From NCBI RefSeq assembly GCF_030028105.1, contig NC_092382.1, forward strand, positions 102,021,300 to 102,085,299: 64,000 nt of DNA, written 5' to 3'. The number at the start of each line of letters is the position of its first letter. The stretch's first letter is position 1. Below, in pieces: positions 11,880 to 23,642 of this stretch. Made by a program: the position numbers and the translations under genes. Below the pieces are notes generated by a model. It had not been told where the DNA came from. It made no database searches and saw nothing but the letters and a program-made list of their open reading frames with translations. The DNA comes from Mobula birostris (taxonomy: Eukaryota).

Positions 11880-12530
11880 AACAGGGTGATGCTCCCTCCA
11901 CACCGTCCCATCACACACTCTCGGGGTCACACACAGAGTGAATCACCATCCACACCGTCCCATCACACACTCCCGGGATCACACACAGAGTGAATCTCCC
12001 TCCACACAGTCCCTTCACGCACTTCCAAGGTCAGGCTCAGAGTCAAGCTCCCTCCATACCGTCCCATCACGCACTCCCAAGTTCAGGCTGAGAGTGAATC
12101 TCCCTCCACACTGTCCCATCACACTCCCGGGGTCAGACACAGAGTGAATCTCCATCCCCACCGTCCCATCACACACTCCCATGGTCAGACACAGAGTGAA
12201 TATCCCTCCACGGCGTACCATCACGCACTCCCAAGGTCCGGTTCAGAGTGAAGCTCCCTGAACTCATTCCCATCACACAGAGCCGGGGTTAGACAGAGAG
12301 TGAAGCTCCCTCCACACCATCCCATCACACCCTCCCGGGGACAGACAGAGGGTGAATCTCCCTCCACACCGTCCCATCACGCACTCCCAAGTTCAGGCTG
12401 AGAGTGAATCTCCCTCCACACTGTCCCATCAGACACTCCCGGGGTCAGACACAAAGTGAAGCTTCCTCTACACAGACCCATCACACACTCTCAGGGTCAG
12501 ACACAGGGTGAATCTCCCTCCACACCGTCT
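11880..12530. repeat. 52-bp minisatellite, C-rich on + (gene A intron 1)
   Basis: About 12 copies. Confidence 0.9.
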
Positions 12531-12545
12531 CTCTGACCCTCTCAC

Positions 12546-12591
12546 CTGGGGAAGGAGACCGTGCGTCCGTTTTTGTGAACTTCACATTCAT
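12546..12591 (-). pseudogene. Gene A exon 1 coding part
   Basis: MNVKFTKTDARSPSP then GTGAG donor; aligns with gene B exon 1 but lacks its first ATG and Tyr. Confidence 0.75.
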
Positions 12592-12699
12592 GCTGTCGCT
12601 GTTCCTGTCGAGGATTCTCTGCGTCTCTGAGCTCAAAAGGGGAAGCGGCCGTTGTCAGAGGAAGCCCGTGTTGACAACGGAGTCAAACAGACACCAACA

Positions 12700-12755
12700 A
12701 ACAACAGATGAGCAGTTGATAAGGAGAGGAAGCGAGAACAAGTGGAGGAAGTGCG
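12700..12755 (-). promoter_or_regulatory. Gene A proximal promoter: E-box/GATA + ETS(PU.1)
   Basis: CAGATG 12705-10, CAGTTG 12713-18, TGATAA 12717-22, GAGGAAGTG 12745-53; conserved upstream of genes B and D. Confidence 0.55.
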
Positions 12756-13339
12756 GGGAGGAGAGAGGATGAGGGCTTTGGGGAAAGTGTTTAGAGTGGT
12801 GGGGAAGAGTAGTAAAAGTGGGGAGAAAGTGGGGGGACGAAGAGAGAGAGGGGAAGTTTGGTGTTTAGCGGAGAGAGTGAAGCGGGTGACAGGGAGTCTT
12901 AGGAGAGAGGGAACTGAGAGCGATAGAGATGGGGAAAGGAGGGAAGGAGAAAGCGGTGAATAGAGAGTGGGAGTTTTGGAGACATTGGGAGGAAGAGGGA
13001 GAAAAGAGAGGGCGAGCGAACGGGGTGAAGAGAGCTTGACAGAGATGGAATCAGAGGGAGCGGAGACAAGGATAGGGAGGAGAAAGTGAGCGATGTACAA
13101 AGGAAAGGAGTGCAGGAAGGGGAGGGATGAGGGAGAAGGAATGCTGACGATGGAAGCAGAGAGGCATCGGAAGGGGAGGGGGGAAAGGAAAGGAAGGAGG
13201 GAAGTCGAGAAGGAGGGCAGGAATGAGGAAGGAGGGAATGTCGGAGGGATTTGTGCCACTCATAAAAGCCTCTCTTGTCCTGGAGATTTGCACCCCGTGA
13301 TTGGGCACTGATTTGCGCGTCGGACGCTCACACAGCTCC

Positions 13340-13400
13340 GGACTATCGCCGGGGCTTCAGACGCTCTGCCTGGGAGAAACCACGGCCCCGGGACAAAGCC
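13340..13400. promoter_or_regulatory. Conserved upstream non-coding block
   Basis: TATCGCCGGGGCTTCAGA...GAAACCACGGCCCCGGG shared with 57675-57730 and 60005-60060. Confidence 0.45.
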
Positions 13401-14039
13401 CCAGCATCCACCGAGGTGAATGAGCCCCCTCCCTCGGAGTGAGGTGAGCAGCTCCCCTCGAAACTCCGTCCTCGACTTCCTCGTCCAGTGACGCACTCTT
13501 TCTTTCGCACTCTCTCTTTCCTTCCTTATTCCGTGACATTCTCCCCCTCCCCTCTCTCTATCTCTCTTTTCTGTCACCCACAAACACACACACTCTTTCT
13601 CTCTCAGCTCTTCCTCTTTCCCCATCACTCTCTCCATCTCCCCATCTGTCTCTCCCATTTTCTCCTACCGTCCTCCCTTCTCTCCGCCTCATCCCGTCTC
13701 TACCTTCTCTCCACTTCATTCTCTCCCACCTTCCCCATTACCTTTCCCTACTCTGTCACCCACCTGCCCCGCACCGATTCTCCTCTCTAACACACCCACC
13801 CCCATCACACCCGTCGCAGTGACCCAGAGATATCCCGACCCGCCCAGCCATTTCACCCCAACCAGGATCCTCACTGCATTTTCGGTCCCGTCCCTTCCGC
13901 GTTTCCGGCGATGGGGGTGGGGGCGAGATTAGACACCGTTTTGCCCGGGGCATCCCTGTACTGCACCCTCCCCTCTCCAAATCTCCTATTAACCGCCATC
14001 ACCGCTCCTTCGGTCGTGTCTTCTCTCTTCCCCGCAACC

Positions 14040-14475
14040 AAACCCTCCACACCAGCGGATCACACACTCCCGGGGACAGGCACAGAGTGAATCTCCCTCC
14101 ACACCGTCACACCAAAAACTCCAGGGGTCAGACACAGAGTGAAGCTCCCTCCACACCGTCCCATCACGCATTCTCGGGGTCAGACACAGAGTGAATCTCC
14201 CTCCACACCGTCCCATCACACACTCCCGGGGTCAGACACAGAGTGAATCTCCCTCCACACCGTCCCATCGCAGACTCCCGAGGTCAGACACAGAGTGAAG
14301 CTCCCTCCACATCGTCCCACCACAAGCTCCCGGGGTCAGGCACAGAGTTATGCTCCCTCCACACCGTCCCATTACACACTCCCGGGGTCAGACACAGAGT
14401 GAAGCTCCCTCCACACCGTCCCATCACACACTCCCGGGGTCAGACACAGAGTGAAGCTTCCTCCACACCGTCCCG
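14040..14475. repeat. 52-bp minisatellite, C-rich on +
   Basis: About 8 copies. Confidence 0.9.
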
Positions 14476-14769
14476 TTGTTTCATGTTCTTTGTCAATGAA
14501 AAGTATTATTTTCTCGGGGTGTAGGGTCATAGTTTTAAGATGCTTGGAAGATGGTAGAAGGGGTTTGTCGGAGGTATGTTTTTCACACAGAGTGTGGTGG
14601 GTTGCCACAGAGCGAGAATACACTTCCATCGATGGTTGGCGATGCGGAATCAATGGGGTCTTTTAAGACACTCTTAGATGGGAACTTTTTTCTATGACTT
14701 TGTTAATGGACTTGACCCCGACTCCTACTTTCCACACAGCCATCTGTACCACAAAATCATTGACAAGCA

Positions 14770-15975
14770 ATGTGATAAGTTGCAGTCCCAATACTGACTC
14801 CCTGACGAACACCACTAGTCACTGGCAGCCAACTAGAGAACGCCCCTTACATTCCCATTGGCTGCCTCCTGCCTGCCAGACATTCCTTTAGACATGCCGG
14901 TGTCATTCCTCTAACACCATCGGGTTTTAGCTTGTTAAGCAGCCTCAGGCATGGCACTTTATCAAATGCCTTCTGGATTGCCAGTCAATGATATCAGCTG
15001 CCTGTGCTTTGTCCAATCTGCTGGTTACCTCCTCAAAGAACTCTAACAGATGTGTCAGGCAAGATTTCCCTTGACAGGAACCAAGCTGACTTTGACTTAT
15101 TTGATCATTAGTCACCAAGTGCCTCACAACCTCAAATTTATTAATAGACTCCAACACTTCCCCAAACACTGACTTCAGGCTAACTGGCTAATAATTTCCT
15201 TTCTTTGGTCATCCTCATTTCTTAAAGTGTGCAGTGACATTTGCAATCTTCCAGTCCTCCGGACCATGCCGGAATCAAGTGAGTTTTGAAAGATCGTGAC
15301 CAATGAATCCGTTATCTCTTCAGCAACCTCTCTCAGGACTCTGGGATGTAGTCCACCTGGCCCAGGTGACTTATCCACCTGAAGACCTTTGAGTTTGCCA
15401 GGCACTTTTTCCATTGTAATCGCAACGGCACTCACTCCTGCACCCTGACACTCACGGACCACTGGTACAGTGCTAGTGTCTTCCACAGTGAAGACTGATG
15501 GAAAGTACCCATTAAGTTCATCTGTCATTTCTTTGTCGCCCTTTACTACCTCACCACTGTCATTTTCCAGAGGTTCAATATTAACTCGGAACTCCCCATT
15601 ATTCTTCATACATTTTGTTTGAAGTGTTTGTATCCTGCTTTATGTTATTGGCTTCTTTGCCCTCATATTCCATCTTTTTCCTTCTTATCGTTTTTTAGTT
15701 GCCTTTTGTTGGATTTTAAAAGTGAAACAATCATCCACCTTCCCACTTACTTATGCTACCTTCTATGCCTTTTCCTTGGCTTTTATGCAGTCCTTAATTT
15801 CCTTTGTCAGCCACGGTTGCCTACACCAGCCGTCTGAGAACAACTGCTTCTGTGGGACATATCTCTCCTGCGCCTTATGAAATATTCCCGAAATTCAGCC
15901 ATCTCTGCTCTGCCGTCATCCCCGCCAGTATCCTCCTGCAATCCGCCTGGACAGGCTCCTCTCTCATGCCTCTGA
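14770..15975 (-). mobile_element. CR1 ORF2 fragment
   Basis: DKSPGPGGLHPRVLREVAEEI; [16 protein letters not shown]. Confidence 0.85.
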
Positions 15976-16336
15976 CGGACACCACACTAAGCGCAGTCTC
16001 CCATTCTTTTCCCGCATCGAAGTGTCAGTCACCATACTAGTCCCACTGTCCCACTCTCCACCTCACACCCTGTATCAGTCAGAAGAATAATCGCACTGCC
16101 GCACTATCTCCCCGCAGCCCCATCTCAGTCCCAAAAGAAAAGGCATCGTCCCGCTCTCTCCCCAGAGCCCTGTGTCAGACCCCATACTAATCACCTTGCC
16201 CACTCTCCCGGTCGAGCCCCAAGTCAGTCCCCAAGCTACTCGCACTGCCCACGCCCTCACCACAGCACCCTGTAAGACTCCAAACTGAACCCACTGCCCC
16301 CCTCTCCACACAGCCGTCAGTCACTGAGAACCTCAC

Positions 16337-16396
16337 ATGCATAGGCATTTTCCAATTCAGTAACGTCTGCTCCATCTAAGTATTGGAAACAAAATC
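16337..16396 (-). pseudogene. Pseudo-exon 7 (Y*IGKC)
   Basis: AG/GT borders, DFVSN start, frameshift and stops. Confidence 0.75.
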
Positions 16397-16504
16397 CTGG
16401 TAAATACATTTTCTTTCGCTACCACTCTGCATGGAACATTATCGTTGGACCCTGGAATTGTATAACGCAATAGGGCGAAGGGAAATTCGCACAGTTTCTA
16501 CCCG

Positions 16505-17330
16505 ATGGTGTGTGAAAGGACCGGTGTGGAGGGAGATTCACTCTGTGTCTGACCCCGGGAGTGTGTGATGGGATGGTGTGGAGGGAGATTCACTCTGTGT
16601 CTGACCCCGGCAGTGTGTGATGGGACGGAGCGGAGGGAGCTTCACTCTGTGTCTAAAAACCCGGTGGTGTGTGATGGGACGGTGTGGAGGGAGATTCACT
16701 CTGTGTCTGACCCCGGGAGTGTGTGATGGGACGGTGTGGAGGGACTTTCAATCTATGTCTCTCCCGGGAGTGTACGATGAGGCCGTCTGTAGCGAGCATC
16801 ACTCTGTGTATGACCCCGGGAGCTTGTAGTGCGACGGTGTAGAGGGCGATTCACTCTGCGTCTGAGCCCAGGGTTGTGTCATGGGATGGAGTGCGGGAGC
16901 TTCACTCTGCATGACCCGTTGAGTGTGTAATGGGACGGTGTGGAGGGAGATTCACTTTGTGCCTGACCCTGCGAGTGTGTGATGGGACGCTGTGGAGGGA
17001 GATTCACTCTGTGTCTGACCCCGGGAGTGTGTGATGGGACGGTGTGGAGGGAGATTCACTCTGTGTCTGACCCCGAGTGTGTGATGGGACGCTGTGGAGG
17101 GAGCGTTACTATTTGTCTGACAGCGCAAGTGTGTGATGGGAAAGTGTGGAGGGACTTTCTCTGTCACGGCTCGTGGGTGTGCGATGGGACGATATGGAGG
17201 GAACGTGACTCTATATGAACCATGAAGTTTATGATGGGACGGTGTGGAGCGAGTGTCACTTTCTGTCTCACCCCGGCAGTGTGTGATGGGACGGTGTGGA
17301 GGAAGGATCGCTCTGTCAGGCCCCGGGCAG
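16505..17330. repeat. 52-bp minisatellite, G-rich on +
   Basis: Intron-6 position between pseudo-exons 6 and 7. Confidence 0.9.
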
Positions 17331-17363
17331 TTTGCGGACATCCTCACGTGGTATGGCACATAC

Positions 17364-17506
17364 CTTTTCCTCGATTGAGTTCATTTCCAGCAGCTTTCAA
17401 CCGCACTTCGAATATTTTTGCTTCGCTCCACCGTGAGATTTTGCCACCGTCGATATGAAATAACAAGCGCCTCTCCTGTTGACCCACCCCTGGAAACACA
17501 TCTGTT
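17364..17506 (-). pseudogene. Pseudo-exon 6 (CTLD N-terminal)
   Basis: EQMCFQGWVNRRGACYFISTVAKSHGGAKQKYSKCG*KLLEMNSIEEK; 143 nt, AG/GT. Confidence 0.85.
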
Positions 17507-17791
17507 CTGTAAATGGGGAACAGAGAACAAGTGAGTGGCGATATTGGGCTTTGCTGACCGAGAAACTTCGAACCCAGAGGGAGTCTTCATGTTGTTTCTG
17601 ATATAAATAGTCGCGAGTACACTCACAAAAGGGAGATTACCCTGTAGCCATCCATTTTTCGCAGAATCGCTCACTATAGACAACTGGCCTCATGATTTAC
17701 ACACTAAGTTCAGGAACAGCTTTTACCCCTCAACCATCAGGAATGAGGTCAGGAGCCCCAGGACTCACACCACCATGCTCAGGAACTGTTA

Positions 17792-17951
17792 CTGGGGGAG
17801 ATTCAGAAGGCAGTTCTCGGAAGTCCTGGATTCCAGGGTTGAGTTCACCTCATGAATCTGTTGACGATATAGGCGCTGGGTCTTGTTCACCTCCTGACGT
17901 TGCTCGCAATGTTTCATTCACAGATGATCATAGACAGACGAGTCTGTAGCA
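17792..17951 (-). pseudogene. Truncated pseudo-exon 5 (stalk)
   Basis: VLQTRLSMIICE*...EVNKTQRLYRQQIHEVNSTLESRTSEN, homologous to gene A exon 5. Confidence 0.8.
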
Positions 17952-18264
17952 CTGAGAGTGACGGTCAGGGGGCGTGTCAGTGGCACCGTGTTGGTGGGGG
18001 CGGGCGTTTCAGATTGTGGTGTGCTATCTACCCCTAGGGTTCATATTGTCTGTGGACTGTCACTTTAAGGAGAAAGAGGGAACCGAGACTGACTGTTTGG
18101 CTCTGTGTTAATTTCTACTGTCTGCAGAATTGCCTCGTAGCTCTGGTGACCAGCTCGTGTTATGTTTTCTCTGCAGCGTGTTTACTTTTTTACAGGACAG
18201 TTACAGACAGAGAGAAACACATATTCAGACTCAAGATGGGTTCGATCAATTAAAGACAGCAGTG

Positions 18265-18670
18265 AGGATCTTCCGGTGACGTCATCGTCCAAAATGGCAG
18301 CTCGAATGAACAGCTACTCCGGAAAAAATAACGCATATATTGCCGCGTTCATTTATCAAATATAAGATCTTCCAAAAATATCTGAATTGATAAGGGGGGC
18401 AAGAATGGCGAAAAAGAATGGAGATAAAAAAGGAATCAGTGCGGAGCCTATGGACGGGAGAGGTACAACACGTGTCTCTACTACTCGAACGCGTGCTCGC
18501 CAGGCTGACGATGGGCCTCGTTCAGGTGAAGCGGCGAACATGATAAAACCTCTGGAAGAGATACGGGGATTACAAAGAGATATAAACGAGCAACTCAATG
18601 ATATCAAGTCACAGCTTGACACCGTCAATCAAAAAATAGCGGTGCCCGAGACTCGAATTGAGAAGGTGAT
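18265..18670 (+). mobile_element. L1-like LINE 5' end / ORF1 start
   Basis: CTTCCGG..AAAATGGC 5' end; basic N-terminus plus coiled coil (LEEIRGLQRDINEQLNDIKSQL). Confidence 0.55.
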
Positions 18671-20320
18671 GTGATGGTGTGCAGGGAGCTTCACTCTGCG
18701 GCTGAGTCCGGCGATGTGTCATGAGACGGCGTGGAGGGAGCTTCACTCCGTATGACCCGGTGAGTGTGTAATGGGACGGTGGGGAGGGAACTTCACTCCG
18801 TATGACCCGGTGAGTGTGTAATGGGACGGTGGGGAGGGAGCTTCACTCACTTCTGACACCGGCAGTATGTGATGGGGCGATGTGGAGCAACTTCACTCTG
18901 AGTCTGATCCAGGTATGTGTGATGGGACGGTGTGGAGGAAGCTTCACTCTGTATGACACCGGGAGTGTGTGATGAGACGGTGTAGAGGGAGCTTCACTCT
19001 GCGTTTCACTCCGGGAGTGTGTGATGGGACGGTGTGGAGGGGGCTTCACTCTGTGTCTGATCCCGTAATATTGCGATGGGACAGTGTGGAGGGATTTCCA
19101 CTCTGTGTCTTTTTCCCGGGATGGTGTGATGCGACAGTGGGGAGGGAGCTTGACTAGTTGTCTGTCCCCGGGAGTATGTTACAGGACGGTGTAGAGGGAA
19201 CTCATTCACTGTCTGATCCGGCAGTGTTTGATGGGACGACGTGCAGTAGCTTCATTCTGTGTCTGATCCCAGGATGTGTGATGGGACGGTGTGGGCGGAG
19301 TTTCACTCTTTATAACACCGGGAGTGTGCGATGGGATGGTGTGGAGGGAGATTCACTCTGTGTCTGACCCCGCGAGTGTGTGATGGGACGGTGTGGGCGG
19401 AATTTCACTCTTTATGACACTGGGAGTGTGTGATGTGACGGTGTGGAGGGAGCTTCAGTCTGTATTGCCACGGGAATGTGTGATGGAGCGGTGTTCAGGG
19501 AGCTTCACTCTGTGTCTGACCACGGGGGTTTGCGATAGGACAGTGTGGAGGGATTTCCACTCTGTGTCTTTTTTTTTTTTCCCGGGATGTTGTGGTGGGA
19601 CGGTGTGAAGGGAGCTTCACAATTTGTCTGACCCCTGGAGTGTGTGATTCGTTGGTGTGGGGCAGCTTCACTCTGTTTTTGACCCTGTGATTGTGCGATC
19701 GGACTGTGTGAAAAAAAAAAAAAGCTTCACTCTGTGTCTGTCCCTGGCAGTGTGTGATGGGTGAGTGTGTGGGGAGATATAATCTGTGTCTGACCTCGGC
19801 AGTCTCCGGTGGGACGGAATAGTGGGAGCTTCACTCTGTGTCTGATCCTGTGATTCTGCGATGGAACTGTGTGGAAAAAAAAAAGTTTCACTCTGTGTCT
19901 GTCCCTGGCAGTGTGTGGTGGGTGAGTGTGTGGGGAGATATACTCTGTGTCTGACCCCGGCAGTCTCTGCTGGGACGGAATAGTGGGAGCTTCACTCTGT
20001 GTCTGATCCCAGAAGTGTGTAATGGGTCGGTGTAGAGGGGGCTTAACTCTGTGTCTGATCCCGTGATTGTGCGAAGGGACAGTGTGGAGGGAGCTTCCCT
20101 CTCTGTTTGACCCTGGGAGGGTGTGATGGGACGGTGTAGAGGGAGCTTTACTCTGTGTCCGACCCCGGGTGTATGCAATGGGACGGTATGGCGGGAGCTT
20201 CACTCTGAGTGACCCCTGAAGCGTGTGATAGGACGTTGTGGAGGGAGCTGCACTAGTGTCTGGCCCCGGGAGCGTGTGAAGGGACGTTTTGGAGGGAACT
20301 TCACTCTGTCAGGCCCCGGG
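18670..20320. repeat. 52-bp minisatellite, G-rich on +, degenerate
   Basis: About 30 diverged copies, with an internal higher-order duplication at ~19700-20010. Confidence 0.9.
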
Positions 20321-20356
20321 CAGATTGTGGCCATCCTCACGTGGTCTGTCACATAC

Positions 20357-20498
20357 CTCTTCCTCGATTGAGCTAATTTCCAGCAGTTTTGAGCCACCCT
20401 TCGAACAATTTATCTTCGCTCCAGCGTGAGATTTTGCCACCGTGATATGAAATAACAAGCGCCTCTCCTGCTGACCCATCCCTGTCAGCACGTCAATT
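20357..20498 (-). pseudogene. Second pseudo-exon 6 (duplicate of 17364-17506)
   Basis: ELTC*QGWVSRRGACYFIS/TVAKSHAGAKINCSKGGSKLLEISSIEEE; 142 nt; flanks match 17290-17740. Confidence 0.85.
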
Positions 20499-20704
20499 CT
20501 GTAAATGGGGAGCAGAGAACAGTGAGTGACGATATTGGGTTTTGCTGACAGTGAAACTGTGTCCCCACAGGGACCCTTCATGTCGTATCCGATATAAATA
20601 GTTACGAGTATATTCAGGGAAGGCAAATTTACCCTGCAACTATCCATTTTTCGCAGACTTGTTCACTATAGATAATTGGCCTCATGATTTACACTCAATG
20701 TTAT

Positions 20705-21020
20705 GGAACAGTTGTTGCCCCTCAACCATCAGGAAGAAGGTCCAGGAGCCTCAGGAGTCTCACAACCAGTTTCAAGAAGATATACTATCCCTCAACGATC
20801 TGAAGGGTGGTACAGGAGCCTCAGGACTCACACCACCGGGTTCAGGGACAGTTATTACCCAACAAAAATCAGGAAGAAGGTACAGGAGCCTCAGAGCCCT
20901 ACACTACCAGGTTCTGGAAAATTATTACCACTCAACCATCAGGATGGGTGTCTAGGAGCCTCAGGACTCAGACATCCAGGTTTCCTAACGGTTGCTACCC
21001 CTGAACCATCATGAAGGAGG
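20705..21020 (+). repeat. Tandem ~60-70 bp amplification of a Rex1-like 3' segment
   Basis: About 5 copies of CAACCATCAGGAAGAAGGTACAGGAGCCTCAGGACTCACACCACC... Confidence 0.6.
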
Positions 21021-21037
21021 TAAAAAAGGCTGAGGTC

Positions 21038-21092
21038 TCAGGCGGTCACCCATCCAAGTACTGACCAGGCCTGAGCCTGCTTAGCTTCGGAG
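21038..21092 (-). pseudogene. 5S rRNA internal fragment (or 5S-SINE head)
   Basis: CTCCGAAGCTAAGCAGGCTCAGGCCTGGTCAGTACTTGGATGGGTGACCGCCTG matches the vertebrate 5S internal control region; both gene ends absent. Confidence 0.8.
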
Positions 21093-21354
21093 CAGAGGGA
21101 GCTGGGGTTACATGTCCACTTACTTTTATGGGTACTGTAATGGGGACCCACAACTCACAGGGAGGAAGAGCTATCCCCCACGGACTGATGTTTCCTCTAG
21201 CTGAACCCAGGTTCATCTAGAGACCCCAGCCTTGGAATCACACCTTCGTGGCATTTTGTATTATTATTCGCGATTCTTGGTTCTAATTTGTTCAGGCAGT
21301 AGATCGATTAAGCTTTATTCTGCTAATTTCAATGATATATTGACAGATGAATAC

Positions 21355-21990
21355 ACATGGCTAATGACAAAGTACAATTCATTTCTTTTAATGTCACTGG
21401 ACTGTCAAATCCAATCAAACGCTGCAAAATTCTATCTAAAATGAATAAAAAAGAACAAGCCCATGTACTATATTTACAGGAAGCTCACTTCAGTGATAAA
21501 TAGCATGGAAAACGAAAAAGAATGGGCTTCACTAATTTGTTTTTCTCCTCATATAAATCAGGACATGAGAGAGGGGTTGTTATTCTTAGCTCAAGCAAGC
21601 TAAATTTCGAAAAAGTATCCGAAATGGAATATAAGGAGGGCAGATATATTCTGGTAAGGGGGAATATAGATGGGAATTCAGATACCCCGTTGAATATAAA
21701 AGCGCACCCAGGAAGTGGCAATTCGTTTCTTTCATAAAATTACTAATATATTGGAATGGAAACAGAGGGTCTCCTGATATGTGGAGGAGGCGTAGATCTA
21801 CAATTACACCCAAATTTAGATTCTTCCGATAGAAAAGCCTATGATACAAAATCCTAACATAAGAAAGTTAATACACTTTTTGAGAAAGTTGGCTTAATAG
21901 ATATATGGTGGGACCTTTCCCCGACAAAAGGGATTACATTCAATATTCTGTCCCACTTTTTGTATATACAAGTACAGACTACTTAATGTG
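21355..21990 (+). mobile_element. L1-like ORF2 APE endonuclease fragment
   Basis: FISFNVTGLSNPIKR..YLQEAH..RGVVIL..EGRYILVRG. Confidence 0.8.
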
Positions 21991-21991
21991 T

Positions 21992-22210
21992 CAGTGCGTG
22001 GCCAAGTGGTTGAGGCGTCGGTCTAGTGAACTGAAGGTCGCTGGTTCGATCCTCAGCTGTGGCAGCCTGTTGTGTCTTTGAGCAAGGCACTTAACCACAC
22101 GGTGCTCTGCGACGACACCGGTGCCAAGCTGTATCGGCCCTATTGCCCTTCCCTTGGACAACATCGGTGGCGTGGAGAGCGGAGGCTTGCAGCATGGACA
22201 ACTGCCGGCT
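21992..22210 (+). mobile_element. tRNA-derived CORE-type SINE
   Basis: A box TGGCCAAGTGG, B box GGTTCGATCC, CORE-like TTGAGCAAGGCACTTAAC. Confidence 0.75.
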
Positions 22211-22659
22211 GTCTTTGTTAGGAGAAAATTAGAATTCGAACTTTTGACCCGCAATTTGACTGTAAGAAAAGGTGGGGCCCGTTACTATCATTTGATTTGA
22301 GTTAATTAAGATGATACCCTTCTGTTTCTTGTGTAATCGGATTCTGTTGGTGGATTGATTTTTTGTTCATTTATGGAAGCGTGTATGGCGTACAGCTCCG
22401 GGATTGTGCTACCAAAGATTTTTTTAAATGTTTTTTTCGGTCAGTGTTTTTTTTTATTTTTGGTTTAGTTAGCAGGGGTTCCAAAAAATATATTATTAGC
22501 ATTTTTCCCTCTTATTATTGGTATACTGTTTAGCTTGGTTAATTAGTTATCTGATAGTTTAACTCTTATTGTATATATTGATATGTTGATTTGACTATTG
22601 TACTGTGTTTTTGTTGATTTTAAATAATAATTAATCAAAAGACTTATAAATGAATAAAT

Positions 22660-23084
22660 AAACAATTAGAGAGTAAGAGCATGTATTTGGGGTGTGTACC
22701 TTAAGAGTAGGAAAATAGATAAATATTTAATGAATATACTGCTGGTGGTTGGGAAAAAAAAAAGACCATTAACAGGAAATCGTTATCACAGGAAGCCCAA
22801 CTTTAAATGTATTGATGGAAATTACAATGGACATTTACAAAATGGGGAAGCATCTGTTAATCATAAGTTGGAACAATATGATACATACTGGGGAAAATGG
22901 TTTAACTACATAACACCTCATAGGCCTGATTTTATTCTCAGAAGTGAATTAATATGTTGTAATAAAAATGATCACTCCGTACTTGCAGTTAGCTTTCTTC
23001 TTTCACTTGTTCTTTCTCTCCTTTCCTTTCGATAAGTGTATACCTCAGATAAATATTATTTGGAGATTTATGACAAATATGATT
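22660..23084 (+). mobile_element. L1-like 3' end
   Basis: ..YLMNILLVVGKK..YDTYWGKW ORF2 C-terminal text and AT-rich UTR; resumes after nested insertions at 25268-25340. Confidence 0.55.
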
Positions 23085-23642
23085 GTTGTTGTTCGTCCAT
23101 CGTACGTCGATGAGGACCTCGACACCATTATTGATGAAGTCGAGACTAGCTCGTCACTTTGATTTAAGTGAGGGAGAGTTGCGCAGCGTCAGCCACAGTC
23201 TCTCTTCCCAATTCCCATCTGGATCCAGTGGCAAGACAGAGTCGAGACGGCTGGAGATGGGACTAGGCGCAGTGGATGACAAGGACGTCTTCTGTGTCTT
23301 GTTCTGCTCTACACGTTCCACGACCCTTGCAGAGACCGCCTTCTTGACCGTTGGACCTTCCATTGGTCTCGTCCACTCAATCCGCCGGAGTCTGTCTTCA
23401 CATGCTGGGATAGACAGCTCCCTATCTCACCGAGGGTTTCAGACCCGTCGGCTACCCTCACCTGGTTTAGCCAGCTTGTCGAAGCCCGGAGTGTGGCTGT
23501 TGTCGCATGCAAACAGCTACGGGGAGCCACAGGTGAGAGCTGAGTGCCAGGTGGGGACCAAAGGTGGACTAACCGCCTTGAAAAGGACGCGACATGTTTC
23601 CCCACCGGAGGTGCTACCCCTCCCTGACACCCCATACACCCC
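23085..23642 (-). mobile_element. Non-autonomous RTE-derived element with TSD
   Basis: 12-bp TSD ACAAATATGATT (23073-84, 23643-54), (AAC)n tail, RTE/BovB-like 5' UTR. Confidence 0.7.

Larger units (their letters stand above)
3751..12591 (-). pseudogene. Gene A: type II TM C-type lectin-like ITIM receptor, disabled or CTLD-truncated
   Basis: Eight phase-compatible exons: 12546-12591, 11782-11853, 10435-10554, 7388-7504, 6561-6932, 4823-4965, 4255-4316, 3751-3949. In-frame TAA at 4931-4933; exon 5 donor is GA not GT. Confidence 0.85.

Noticed and set aside
21038-21990. 5S-targeting Tx1-clade (Mutsu-like) retrotransposon
   Set aside because: Only an internal 5S fragment on one side, no TSD, and the adjacent L1 piece appears to continue the ORF1 at 18265-18670.
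21992-22070. tRNA gene
   Set aside because: A and B boxes are followed by a CORE-SINE body and no clean acceptor stem is evident.
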